Source of the DNA: a virus | Taxonomy: Duplodnaviria > Caudoviricetes | Strand: one strand, 5' to 3' | IMG/VR virus record: IMGVR_UViG_3300037524_000258 | Coordinates: 1-37,712 of that record | Length of the DNA stretch: 37,712 bases | Part shown: piece after piece, positions 7,870 through 16,047 of the stretch | How the letters are laid out: every line of letters starts with the position of its first letter | Numbering within the stretch: the stretch's first letter is position 1 | Notes under the pieces: model-generated | Database searches by the model: none | Seen by the model: only the letters and a program-made list of their open reading frames with translations | What the model was told of the DNA's origin: nothing | Position numbers and translations under genes: made by a program

Positions 7870-8082
7870 ATGGGCGACCCCAAATTTTGCAAGGATTGTA
7901 AGCATAGCGCGACTACTCCCAACTGCGAATGGAGTTTAATGTGTACACATCCCCGCGTGGTCGGGAAAAGCGCCTGGGCATTGGCGCGGGCTACGTATAA
8001 CGGCACCGAGTGCACTGACGAACGTCGTCTGCGTTGGCCCTCCCCCTGCGGTATGCGCGGCGCGCTGTGGGAGACCAAATGA
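7870..8082 (+). CDS. Small Cys-rich (probably Zn-binding) protein (70 aa)
   Basis: GAGAGG RBS; CKDCKH, CTHP, C..ER and PCG motifs; ATGA overlap with the polymerase. Confidence 0.75.
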   Translation: MGDPKFCKDCKHSATTPNCEWSLMCTHPRVVGKSAWALARATYNGTECTDERRLRWPSPCGMRGALWETK

Positions 8083-9857
8083 GCGAACCAGTAACCCTTG
8101 ACTTTGAGACCGAGGCTATTGAGGACGGGACGGGCATCCCACCCAAGCCGGTCGGTCTTGCGATCTGGATACCAGGCGAAGAACCCAAGTACATGTCTTG
8201 GGGCCACCCTACAGGCAACAACTGCCAAGAGTACGAGGCTAAGCAGGAAGCCCATCGACTGTGGGATAAGGGGGTGCTGTTCCACCACGGCAAGTTCGAC
8301 ATCGGCGTGGCTCGCGAGCACTGGAGCTTCGGTGTCCCCAAGAAGTGGGACGACACCATGTACCAGATCTACCTCCACAACCCCCTCGCCAAGACTGTCT
8401 CCCTCAAGCCTTCGGCTGAGACTCTCCTAGGGATGCCCCCCGATGAGCAGGATGCGGTAGCAGATTACGTCCTCACCCATGGCTTCACCAAATCACGCGC
8501 GAAGGCTGGCGCCTTTATAAGTAAAGTGCCAGCTGAGATAGTGGGGCCATACGCTATCGGCGACGTTGTGCGCACCCGTAGGCTCCACGACCTCCTGTCC
8601 CCCGAGATCATAGAGCGCAAGTGGGAGAATGCCTATCAGCGGGAGCTCAAGCTGGCACCCATCCTGATGGACATGGAGCGCAAGGGCGTCCGCATCGACC
8701 GGCCCCGCCTGTACTTCGACATCCTTCACTATGAGGTGTTCTTCCAGCAGGCCACCGAGTTCATCTGGGCCAAGATCGGCAAGGTCTTCAATGTGGACTC
8801 CGGTCCTGAACTCGCCAAGGCACTCATCGACTCCCCCTTAGTTGACAAAAACAAGCTCGGTCGGACCCCTACGGGCCGAATCTCCACGGCGCGGGCAAGC
8901 CTAGAAGCCGCTGTGCAAGACGCGCAACTCCTCCGGGTACTCCGGTACAGGGGCGCGCTAAAGACGTTGCTAGGGACGTTCATGCGGCCCTGGTATGAGA
9001 TGTCGGAATCGGACGGGCACCTACACCCCTCATGGAACCAGGTGCGGGGCGACGAGTACGGCACGAGAACTGGTCGCCTGTCCTGCTCCCACCCCAACCT
9101 CCAGAACGTGCCCACGGAGTTTGAAGACATCGACATTGACGGCTACCCGCCAATGATCTTCATGCGTCGGTACATCCTGCCCGACGAAGGCCAGGTCATC
9201 GTGGGGGCCGACTACAACGGCCAGGAAATGCGGCTCTTGGCCCATTTTGCCGAGGGCAGGGCGGCGCAGATCTATCGTGACGAGCCCACCGCTGACTTCC
9301 ACCAGATTGCCAAGGACATCCTCTCCAACGAGGCCGGTCTGGACTTCCCCCGCAAGAAGGTCAAGATTGTGGGCTTCAGTCTCATCTACGGGGCAGGGGT
9401 GAACAACCTGGCGGCGCAACTCAAGATGGAAGACCAGATGGGGGAGGTCAGGCGCTTACGGGACACCTACCTGCGCTCCATCCCCGGCCTGCGAGAGTTC
9501 CTGGACGACGTCACCTCAAGACCTGGGGTGCGGACCTGGGGCGGGCGGTGGATCCCTGTCGACAAGCCCGAGGGCACCAACTGGGACTTCAGCTACAAGC
9601 TGGCGAACCACTTGATCCAGGGCTCTGCCGCCGACCAGACCAAGGAGTCCATCATCCGGTACCATGAGCTGGGCCTCAGCGGACGGTTCCTGATGACCGT
9701 ACACGACGAGAATGACTTGTCGTCCCCCATAGATGACCTGAAGGAGAACGTGGAGGGTATCAAATACGCTATGGAGAAGATGGAAGGTTTCGATGTCCCC
9801 TTCGTCGCTGAAGTGGAGACAGGCTACAACTGGCATGAAATGGAGAAGTACGCATGA
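8079..9857 (+). CDS. polA: DNA polymerase family A with 3'-5' exonuclease (592 aa)
   Basis: ExoI LDFET, ExoII HHGKFD, ExoIII YAIGD; TRTGRLSCSHPNLQNVP; motif A ADYNGQEMR; motif B RKKVKIVGFSLIYG; NHLIQGSAAD; motif C TVHDE. Start moved to ATG 8079. Confidence 0.97.
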   Translation: MSEPVTLDFETEAIEDGTGIPPKPVGLAIWIPGEEPKYMSWGHPTGNNCQEYEAKQEAHRLWDKGVLFHHGKFDIGVAREHWSFGVPKKWDDTMYQIYLHNPLAKTVSLKPSAETLLGMPPDEQDAVADYVLTHGFTKSRAKAGAFISKVPAEIVGPYAIGDVVRTRRLHDLLSPEIIERKWENAYQRELKLAPILMDMERKGVRIDRPRLYFDILHYEVFFQQATEFIWAKIGKVFNVDSGPELAKALIDSPLVDKNKLGRTPTGRISTARASLEAAVQDAQLLRVLRYRGALKTLLGTFMRPWYEMSESDGHLHPSWNQVRGDEYGTRTGRLSCSHPNLQNVPTEFEDIDIDGYPPMIFMRRYILPDEGQVIVGADYNGQEMRLLAHFAEGRAAQIYRDEPTADFHQIAKDILSNEAGLDFPRKKVKIVGFSLIYGAGVNNLAAQLKMEDQMGEVRRLRDTYLRSIPGLREFLDDVTSRPGVRTWGGRWIPVDKPEGTNWDFSYKLANHLIQGSAADQTKESIIRYHELGLSGRFLMTVHDENDLSSPIDDLKENVEGIKYAMEKMEGFDVPFVAEVETGYNWHEMEKYA

Positions 9858-10510
9858 ACAAGCCCACCCGTTGGAGCTATAGCTCCATCTCAACCTACGA
9901 ATCCTGCCCGGCTAAGTGGAAGTTCGGGTACATTGACAACATCCCCTACAAGCCCTCCGCAGCGATGCAACGCGGGACGCGCCTCCACTCTGACTGCGAG
10001 AAGTTCCTCAAAGAACCCCTCCATGTCTTGCCGTGGGAGTTGGCCAAGATGGGGCCCAGGCTACAGGACTTGAAGAACCTGGGGGCGAAGTCAGAGGAAA
10101 CCTGGTGCCTCGACCGCTACTGGCTACCCGACATGGTCAACCCTTGGGTCAAGGCCATCGTTGACGTGCACTGGTTTGAAGGGGACGGTACGGTGCTCCA
10201 TGTCCGGGACTTCAAGTCAGGGCGCGAGTACCCAGACCACAGGGACCAGCTGGAGTTGTACGCCTTGATCGGACTCAGCACCTTTCCCCAAGTCAAGCGT
10301 GCCGAGTATGGCGCCATCTATCTCGACACCGGCCACACCTCCAATGAGGGGGCTGTCATCCGGGGGGATATGATGGACCAAAAGATCAAGGTCTGGCACG
10401 ACCGCGCCGAGATCATGATGAAGGACGAGCAGTTGTTGCCCCGTCCTGGCGGAGCATGTAAGTGGTGCGACTACTCCCGCACCAAGGGGGGTCCTTGTGA
10501 AGCAGCTTGA
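9854..10510 (+). CDS. PD-(D/E)XK exonuclease, Cas4/RecB-like with four-Cys Fe-S motif
   Basis: SYSSISTYESCP, GTRLH, IVDV, VRDFKSG, QLELYA, CKWCDY...PC. Confidence 0.9.
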   Translation: MNKPTRWSYSSISTYESCPAKWKFGYIDNIPYKPSAAMQRGTRLHSDCEKFLKEPLHVLPWELAKMGPRLQDLKNLGAKSEETWCLDRYWLPDMVNPWVKAIVDVHWFEGDGTVLHVRDFKSGREYPDHRDQLELYALIGLSTFPQVKRAEYGAIYLDTGHTSNEGAVIRGDMMDQKIKVWHDRAEIMMKDEQLLPRPGGACKWCDYSRTKGGPCEAA

Positions 10511-10844
10511 GCGTGATATACAAGCGAATGTCACGAAAGAGTCAACCTCGCTCGGATTGATTCCGATTAGAATAAACGTGTCGGGCCGGAAGGGCTGGCC
10601 TGACTACGGGTACATGTACATGGGCCGGATAGCGTTCATCGAGTTCAAGCGACCCGGTGAACGCCCCGACCCGCTACAGGCTCACGTTCACAAGTTGTTG
10701 AACGCAGCCCAGATACCCGTATTTGTCGTGAACAACGAGGACTATGGAAACACCTTACTCAAGGAGTGGAAGCATGCTGTTGACGGTGAGCGAAAAGCAC
10801 TGGACGAACTTCGCAGTAAATCTGGTCAAAACAGGAGAAATTGA
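10497..10844 (+). CDS. VRR-NUC domain nuclease
   Basis: E..IQ, GWPDY, AFIEFKRPG, PLQ..VH motifs; usual position between PolA and SNF2 helicase. Confidence 0.88.
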   Translation: MKQLERDIQANVTKESTSLGLIPIRINVSGRKGWPDYGYMYMGRIAFIEFKRPGERPDPLQAHVHKLLNAAQIPVFVVNNEDYGNTLLKEWKHAVDGERKALDELRSKSGQNRRN

Positions 10845-11571
10845 TCCCCCTTACGAGGTCATCTACAAGGGTGGTCTGTCCTACGGGGACGAGTGGGCAG
10901 AGCGGTTCGCCCTCCACTACTTCCTGTTCTATGACCTGGGCGGAGCAGCGCGGTGCGCCAACGACACGACCCCATTCTGGTCCTACGTCACCAACGGGTA
11001 CCATCTGTTCAAACGCGGCAAGTCTCGTCGCCACTTCCGGGGGGAGAACGGGGCCAGAGCCATCCGACTCTTGTTAGAGTACCCCACCGCTGGCGATGTG
11101 TTCGCGGCTCTGTACCAGCCCACCTATGCTGGGATGTACCACCATATCCAGGACAACTTCGACGGGTGTCAAATTGGCGACTACTTCAGGTGGAAGCTCA
11201 TGGACATTTTTGATCGGTGTCTGGGGCGTCACGTCAGTCTCAGCATGCCGGAAGCTCTCAAGTTCCTCCCTGAGACCCCGCGCAAGGGCGCCAAGCAGTT
11301 CTTCCCCAACGATAGCTTGACGACCGCTCTCATGTCTGTAGTGCGAACCATTTCCCACCTGCCCGCGCCCGGCAATCCGAACCGACCTTGTGACCTGCCG
11401 GAAGCCGAGACCATCCTGTGCGCCATGTACGGGGCGCGCAAGGGAACGTACCGCTTTGGCATGGACCTCGACCATCGACGGGAGGAACTCAAAGACTTCC
11501 CTGACCTTGTTGAGTTCCTCCCCACCCACCAAGACTGGAGCCCTTATGACTGCAGTAACCTGGAATCCTAG
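10774..11571 (+). CDS. Amino acid:DNA transferase (AADT, aGPT-Pplase2 family) of thymidine hypermodification (265 aa)
   Basis: Start at ATG 10774 (AAGGAG RBS). Motifs F...LVKTGEIDPPY, RGKSRRHFRG, GDYFRWKLMD and EAETILC...GTY..G.D match my recollection of the family; supported by hmU-pathway neighbours. Confidence 0.8.
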   Translation: MLLTVSEKHWTNFAVNLVKTGEIDPPYEVIYKGGLSYGDEWAERFALHYFLFYDLGGAARCANDTTPFWSYVTNGYHLFKRGKSRRHFRGENGARAIRLLLEYPTAGDVFAALYQPTYAGMYHHIQDNFDGCQIGDYFRWKLMDIFDRCLGRHVSLSMPEALKFLPETPRKGAKQFFPNDSLTTALMSVVRTISHLPAPGNPNRPCDLPEAETILCAMYGARKGTYRFGMDLDHRREELKDFPDLVEFLPTHQDWSPYDCSNLES

Positions 11572-12913
11572 GCCATACCAGGAGACTTCCCTGGCCTGGC
11601 TCATCGAGAAGCCGCACTGCGGCCTTCTCCTGGACCCTGGCCTGGGCAAGACCAGCACAACCTTGGCCGCCATTGACGTCCTCCACGGCGGGGGTCACAT
11701 TCATCACGTGCTGGTGGTCGCCCCTCTCAGGGTGGCCAAGACCGTGTGGCCCGTCGAGGCAGAGAAGTGGCTAGACTTCTCTCACATGTCAGTGTGCGAC
11801 CTGACCGAGCAGGACCGCGACCAACGCATTGCCCGTCTGAAGGAGAAGCATCTTGTGTACGTCATCAACCCTGAGTCGCTACAGCGAGTACTTGAACTCG
11901 ATCCGTGGGCGCTTGGTACCCCCTTTGACATGCTCGTCATCGATGAGAGTACGAAGTTCAAGGACAGTTCGACTCAGCGGTTCAAGGCTCTCAAGAAGCA
12001 TCTACACAAGTTTGGGCGACGAGTCATTCTCACCGGAACCCCTGCTCCAAACGGACTTGCAGACCTTTTTGGACAAATGTACGTTTGCGACATGGGCGAA
12101 AGCCTGGGCAAATACATCACCCATTTCCGGCAGAGGTACATGTACAAGGGGTACGATGGCTTCTACTGGGTCATGGCGCCGGGGTCGGAGGACCAGATAT
12201 ACGACAAGATCAAGTCCAAGCTGCTCCGCATGATGGCCGTGGATCATCTTGAAATGCCGGAGCTTATCGACAACCGCATCGAGATCACCCTCCCCCCGGC
12301 TGTCCAGAAGCAGTACAAGGAACTGGAGCGGGACTTCTTGCTCAAGGTCAACGATGAGACGGTGGCCGTCTTCAATACCGCCGCCCTAGGGGTCAAGCTC
12401 CGGCAGGTGGCCAACGGGTTCATCTACGACGAGAACCATACGGCCATCCCGATCCATGACGAGAAGTTGAAGGCCCTGGAGGAACTCATCGATGAGATGC
12501 AGGGGCGTCCCCTCCTGCTCTGCTACGAGTTCATTGAGGACGCTGTACGTATCCTGAACCACTTCCCCGCCGCCATCAACATTAGCGATGCCAAGGACAC
12601 GTTGGCAGTCATCCAACGGTTCAACGAGGGCAGGATTCCACTCCTGATCGGTCACCCTAAGTCGATGGGTCACGGTCTCAACCTCCAGGAGAAGTGTAAG
12701 GACATTTGCTGGTACGGGATCACCTGGGACCTTGAGCTATACCAGCAAGCTATCGCCCGCGTCTGGCGGCAGGGGCAACCCTCCCCCGTCGTGTCTTGTC
12801 ACCACATCGTGGCCGCCAACACCAAGGACGTAGATGTGGTCAAGGTGCTGGAGAAGAAAGACGCTGACCAGAACAGGCTAAACCTCGCCCTGCGCACCCT
12901 TCCCGCGCTATAA
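11546..12913 (+). CDS. SNF2-family (SF2) helicase (455 aa)
   Basis: PRPYQ, DPGLGKT, VIDEST, LTGTPAPN, GHGLNLQ, QAIARVWRQGQ. Start at ATG 11546 with GGAG RBS. Confidence 0.95.
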   Translation: MTAVTWNPRPYQETSLAWLIEKPHCGLLLDPGLGKTSTTLAAIDVLHGGGHIHHVLVVAPLRVAKTVWPVEAEKWLDFSHMSVCDLTEQDRDQRIARLKEKHLVYVINPESLQRVLELDPWALGTPFDMLVIDESTKFKDSSTQRFKALKKHLHKFGRRVILTGTPAPNGLADLFGQMYVCDMGESLGKYITHFRQRYMYKGYDGFYWVMAPGSEDQIYDKIKSKLLRMMAVDHLEMPELIDNRIEITLPPAVQKQYKELERDFLLKVNDETVAVFNTAALGVKLRQVANGFIYDENHTAIPIHDEKLKALEELIDEMQGRPLLLCYEFIEDAVRILNHFPAAINISDAKDTLAVIQRFNEGRIPLLIGHPKSMGHGLNLQEKCKDICWYGITWDLELYQQAIARVWRQGQPSPVVSCHHIVAANTKDVDVVKVLEKKDADQNRLNLALRTLPAL

Positions 12914-12914
12914 T
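12909..12914 (+). promoter_or_regulatory. Consensus -10 hexamer (TATAAT) at the head of the modification operon
   Basis: GCTATAAT overlaps the helicase stop codon, about 30 nt before ATG 12941; no good -35. Confidence 0.45.
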
Positions 12915-12940
12915 ATAGTTCCCCACCTATAGGAGAACCG

Positions 12941-13387
12941 ATGAGTGACATCAATCTGATCTACCCAGGGCGCGACACCGCTACCCTGGTCAAAACGATG
13001 GACCCCCAGTGGCTCGTGGTCGGCCCCATCCGGGCTTGTATCCACCTGTCCAACGTGTGGCACCTGCTCGACCCCGCAGCCTTGGCCAAGACCAAGGACA
13101 CGGTGGGCGGGAAGGGGGCGATCCACTATAGCCTGAACGGGGCCAACGTGTTCGGTCCCAACGTCCTGGACCACTCCTGGACCAAGTGGGCCGCCACATG
13201 CGTGGAGAACTACTCTTGGCTGCTGTTCTTCGCCCAAGACATGTGCGCCGAGTACATCATCCGGTTCCCTCACGTCAGCAAGCACGGCGTCAGTCGTATG
13301 CTGGAGGCCCTGGAGAACATGCCCGAGTCCCTGCCCGAAGGCGAGTGGACCGAACCCTGGTTTGCCAAAGATGTGGAGGTACAATGA
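12941..13387 (+). CDS. Divergent pyrimidine-dimer DNA glycosylase (DenV/T4 endonuclease V)-like protein (148 aa)
   Basis: AGGAG RBS. The C-terminal pattern H.WTKW....ENYSWL......MCAEY..RF....KH.....L..L...P..LP....T matches the family as recalled; the N-terminal catalytic segment is degenerate. Confidence 0.6.
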   Translation: MSDINLIYPGRDTATLVKTMDPQWLVVGPIRACIHLSNVWHLLDPAALAKTKDTVGGKGAIHYSLNGANVFGPNVLDHSWTKWAATCVENYSWLLFFAQDMCAEYIIRFPHVSKHGVSRMLEALENMPESLPEGEWTEPWFAKDVEVQ

Positions 13388-13935
13388 AGATCATTAAGAT
13401 TCACGGCTGCTCTGGCGCCGGCAAGACCACCGCGGTGCGGGAGTTCATGTCCACCGGTGCGGTCCCCGTCCACGGTTCCAATCTCAAGATTGAGGCGTAC
13501 CATGCCCCGTTCGATACATATGTTCTGGGCTCTTATGAGAACACATGCGGCGGAATGGACACGGTCGGGTCGGCCCAAGAAGTTATGGCCCTACTCGACA
13601 GGTATGCGTCCCTGGGAAATGTCATATTTGAGGGGCTACTCCAAAGCACATACTACGGAGCGATGGGTACACATTCCCGCAAATGGGGCGATGATTACAT
13701 CTATGCGTTCCTCGACACACCCATTGAGCTCTGTTTGGAGCGCGTCGTTGCCAGACGAGCCGCCTCAGGGCGCAACAACAAGTTCAACCCTCAGCTGACG
13801 AGGGACAAGCACGCCACCATTGAAACCCTGAGAAGGAAACTCGAAAACGGCACCCAAATGGGGTTCCGTCACAAGGTGGCGATCCTCAAGCACGATCAGC
13901 CGATGGCGGCACAAATCATGGAGCTTCTGAAGTGA
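13384..13935 (+). CDS. P-loop nucleotide kinase associated with hmU modification clusters (183 aa)
   Basis: Start at ATG 13384 (GGAGG RBS, ATGA overlap); IIKIHGCSGAGKTT, LGSY...CGGMDT, VIFEGLL, FLDTPIELCLERV..RR. Confidence 0.85.
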   Translation: MKIIKIHGCSGAGKTTAVREFMSTGAVPVHGSNLKIEAYHAPFDTYVLGSYENTCGGMDTVGSAQEVMALLDRYASLGNVIFEGLLQSTYYGAMGTHSRKWGDDYIYAFLDTPIELCLERVVARRAASGRNNKFNPQLTRDKHATIETLRRKLENGTQMGFRHKVAILKHDQPMAAQIMELLK

Positions 13936-14393
13936 GCGAGTTCGGCGTCATTAAGACCAAGAAGGTCAGGATGACAGCCATGACCTTCGCCCTCATGATG
14001 AAAGAGCTGGATGCCGGGGCCTCAACTGTAGCCCAACTACAGGAGGCTACCGGCTTGGCCAAGGCCACCTTGTACGATTACCTGCGCGAGCTCAGGAAAG
14101 CTGGGCTGGTGTACGTGGCCGGGTTCGACAGGGCAGCGAACAACTGCCCCATGATCCCTCTGTACGAGTGGGGACCGGGGAAGAAGGACAAGAAGGTCAA
14201 GGCCATTTCCGTTGCGGAGAAGGCGCGCAACTACAGGAGAAACAAACGTGATCGTGAAGCACTTGGACGACTTACTCTATTGGGTCAACGAACGGGATCG
14301 GATGCGGATCAGGAAGCAGGAGGGGACCCGCCCCTACAGTTCCGACCCGATCATGGCCGAGACCAGATGGTGCAACGTGAGGCGCGAGGATGA
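13932..14393 (+). CDS. Winged-helix DNA-binding protein (153 aa)
   Basis: GTGA overlap; TVAQLQEATGLAKATLYDYLRELRKAGLVYV HTH pattern; the 3' end overlaps the next gene by 146 nt. Confidence 0.8.
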   Translation: MSEFGVIKTKKVRMTAMTFALMMKELDAGASTVAQLQEATGLAKATLYDYLRELRKAGLVYVAGFDRAANNCPMIPLYEWGPGKKDKKVKAISVAEKARNYRRNKRDREALGRLTLLGQRTGSDADQEAGGDPPLQFRPDHGRDQMVQREARG

Positions 14394-15075
14394 TCGAGTC
14401 ACTCAGTGGATCCACCAAAATTGGCTCAACCGAGGATGTCACCCGGATGACATGGCCTTCGCCATGTGCGTCGCTCGCATGGTTAACTGGCCAGATACAC
14501 TTGCTGAACTGGGTTTTCCTTACCAATGGAGTCCCACCCACTTCATCGACACTCTTGCCGCCCGTAAGGCGCGTGGTGACAAGGTATGGACGTCAGCATA
14601 CATGATCACCGGGGGCTACTCTGAGGGCGGCGAGAGCAAGGAAGTGATCATCGCTAGGGTGCTGTCGGGGGCACACGCCCGCCTTACCCACCCCAGTACT
14701 CGGATCAACCCGGACGACACACTTGAGGTCGCCTGGAAGAAGATCCAGACTCCTGGGATCGGCACGTTCCTGGCGGCCCAAGTTGTGGCGGACCTGAAGC
14801 ATACCCACCCACTACAACACGCCAAGGACTGGAACTACTGGTGTGCGGTCGGCCCCGGCTCCACGAAGGGGTTGAACTTTCTCCACGACCGCCCTCAGGG
14901 GCACGTCATCAACCAAGCCAATTTCGTCAAGGAGGTCAACGAGGTCAGAGAAGTACTGCGCCACTCGGGGTGGGCATTGGACGCCCAAAACGTCCAGAAC
15001 TGCCTCTGCGAGTTTCACAAGTTCATCAAGATCAAGTACCACGGAGGGCGGGCCAAGTCCCGCTATGTAGCATGA
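14248..15075 (+). CDS. 5-hydroxymethyluridine DNA kinase (5-HMUDK, aGPT-Pplase1 family; 275 aa)
   Basis: GTG 14248 with AGGAG RBS; WVNER, DPIM...RWCNVRREDDRVT, RMVNW, TSAYMI, GIGTFLAAQVVADL, GPGS.KGL, QNCLCEFHK. Confidence 0.88.
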   Translation: MIVKHLDDLLYWVNERDRMRIRKQEGTRPYSSDPIMAETRWCNVRREDDRVTQWIHQNWLNRGCHPDDMAFAMCVARMVNWPDTLAELGFPYQWSPTHFIDTLAARKARGDKVWTSAYMITGGYSEGGESKEVIIARVLSGAHARLTHPSTRINPDDTLEVAWKKIQTPGIGTFLAAQVVADLKHTHPLQHAKDWNYWCAVGPGSTKGLNFLHDRPQGHVINQANFVKEVNEVREVLRHSGWALDAQNVQNCLCEFHKFIKIKYHGGRAKSRYVA

Positions 15076-15794
15076 ACCTTAGCACGCTATCTGTTTGCGG
15101 CTTCAACATTGAGCTGCCCATTGGTTTGCCCGAAGTGCTCGACACCAAGGTGCGGGACTCCTACCAGACCTTCCTGAAGGAAAGCACCAACGACGTTCGC
15201 CGGCATCTTACCTGTGCCGCTACCCTCCTGCCCCCCATGATGAAGGGTCGGGACGGTCAACGGGTGCTCCATTGCTTCGGCGGCTTGGGGGCCACGGCTC
15301 AGATCCTCGATCAATGCGCAAAGGGTCTCAAGCACGAGTTCTGGGAGCGCGATCCTGTGTGTGTCGAATTTTTGTGCAGCCGCTATGACAACGTCCTGCC
15401 CGTAGACGACACGTTCAAGTTGTTCCCCGTCACTGACCTCAGTTCAGTCGACATCCTGCTCATGGACATGTCGGTCGGTACGATCAAGACCAAGGGCGTC
15501 AAGGAAATGTGGGGCAAGATCGCGGAGTGGATGCTGGATCATCCCGATCGGTTCGTGTGGTTCACCGACACGGCATGCCACAAGATCCACCTCAACTGGG
15601 ACCGCTACGGCAAGGACTTCGACACCCCACTACCCGAGCCGACCGCCGAAGCGTATTTGAACTGCTACAGCAGTTGGTTGGAGCGGATCCACGGCATGAC
15701 GATCACCGCCGCTATGCGGGAGGCGGGTGAGATCTACGCCATCGTCCAACGCCATACGGGACACAGCCGGTTCAAGGAAATCCCCTACGTGTAG
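15072..15794 (+). CDS. Atypical class I SAM-dependent methyltransferase-fold protein (240 aa)
   Basis: ATGA overlap with the 5-HMUDK stop; motif I-like VLHCFGGLGATA, acidic end of strand 2 (FWERD), strand 4 DILLMD; no DPPY/NPPY or PC motif. Confidence 0.65.
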   Translation: MNLSTLSVCGFNIELPIGLPEVLDTKVRDSYQTFLKESTNDVRRHLTCAATLLPPMMKGRDGQRVLHCFGGLGATAQILDQCAKGLKHEFWERDPVCVEFLCSRYDNVLPVDDTFKLFPVTDLSSVDILLMDMSVGTIKTKGVKEMWGKIAEWMLDHPDRFVWFTDTACHKIHLNWDRYGKDFDTPLPEPTAEAYLNCYSSWLERIHGMTITAAMREAGEIYAIVQRHTGHSRFKEIPYV

Positions 15795-15840
15795 ACCCTA
15801 TACTAGACGCGCCGGGGCGGTCCCGGCGCTTGTAGGAGAT

Positions 15841-16047
15841 ATGATGGAAATGGGCTTGAAGGGTAACTTGCTGCCCGACAACGAGCAAGAGTTTGCCGAC
15901 AACTTCATTGATATGAAGCACGTTCGGTGCGTTCAGTGTAACTCGGGGTTCGGCCCCCAGAACACCTTCACCCGACTCGGCTGGCGCGAGACGCAGATCA
16001 GCGGCTTCTGCGAGAAGTGCTTCGATGACATGTTCGTGGAGAACTGA
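15841..16047 (+). CDS. Small zinc-finger protein (68 aa)
   Basis: AGGAG RBS; CVQC...RETQISGFCEKCFD; preceded by TATACT (15799-15804). Confidence 0.75.
   Translation: MMEMGLKGNLLPDNEQEFADNFIDMKHVRCVQCNSGFGPQNTFTRLGWRETQISGFCEKCFDDMFVEN

Noticed and set aside
7748-7939. 63-aa ORF
   Set aside because: No RBS; it crosses a terminator and overlaps the better-supported 7870..8082 gene.
9854-10510. CRISPR-associated cas4
   Set aside because: Stand-alone Cas4-like PD-(D/E)XK nucleases are routine in phage PolA/VRR-NUC/SNF2 modules; there is no CRISPR context.
15072-15794. Conventional orphan DNA adenine or cytosine methyltransferase
   Set aside because: It lacks the DPPY/NPPY/SPPY and PC catalytic motifs; kept instead as an atypical SAM-fold enzyme.
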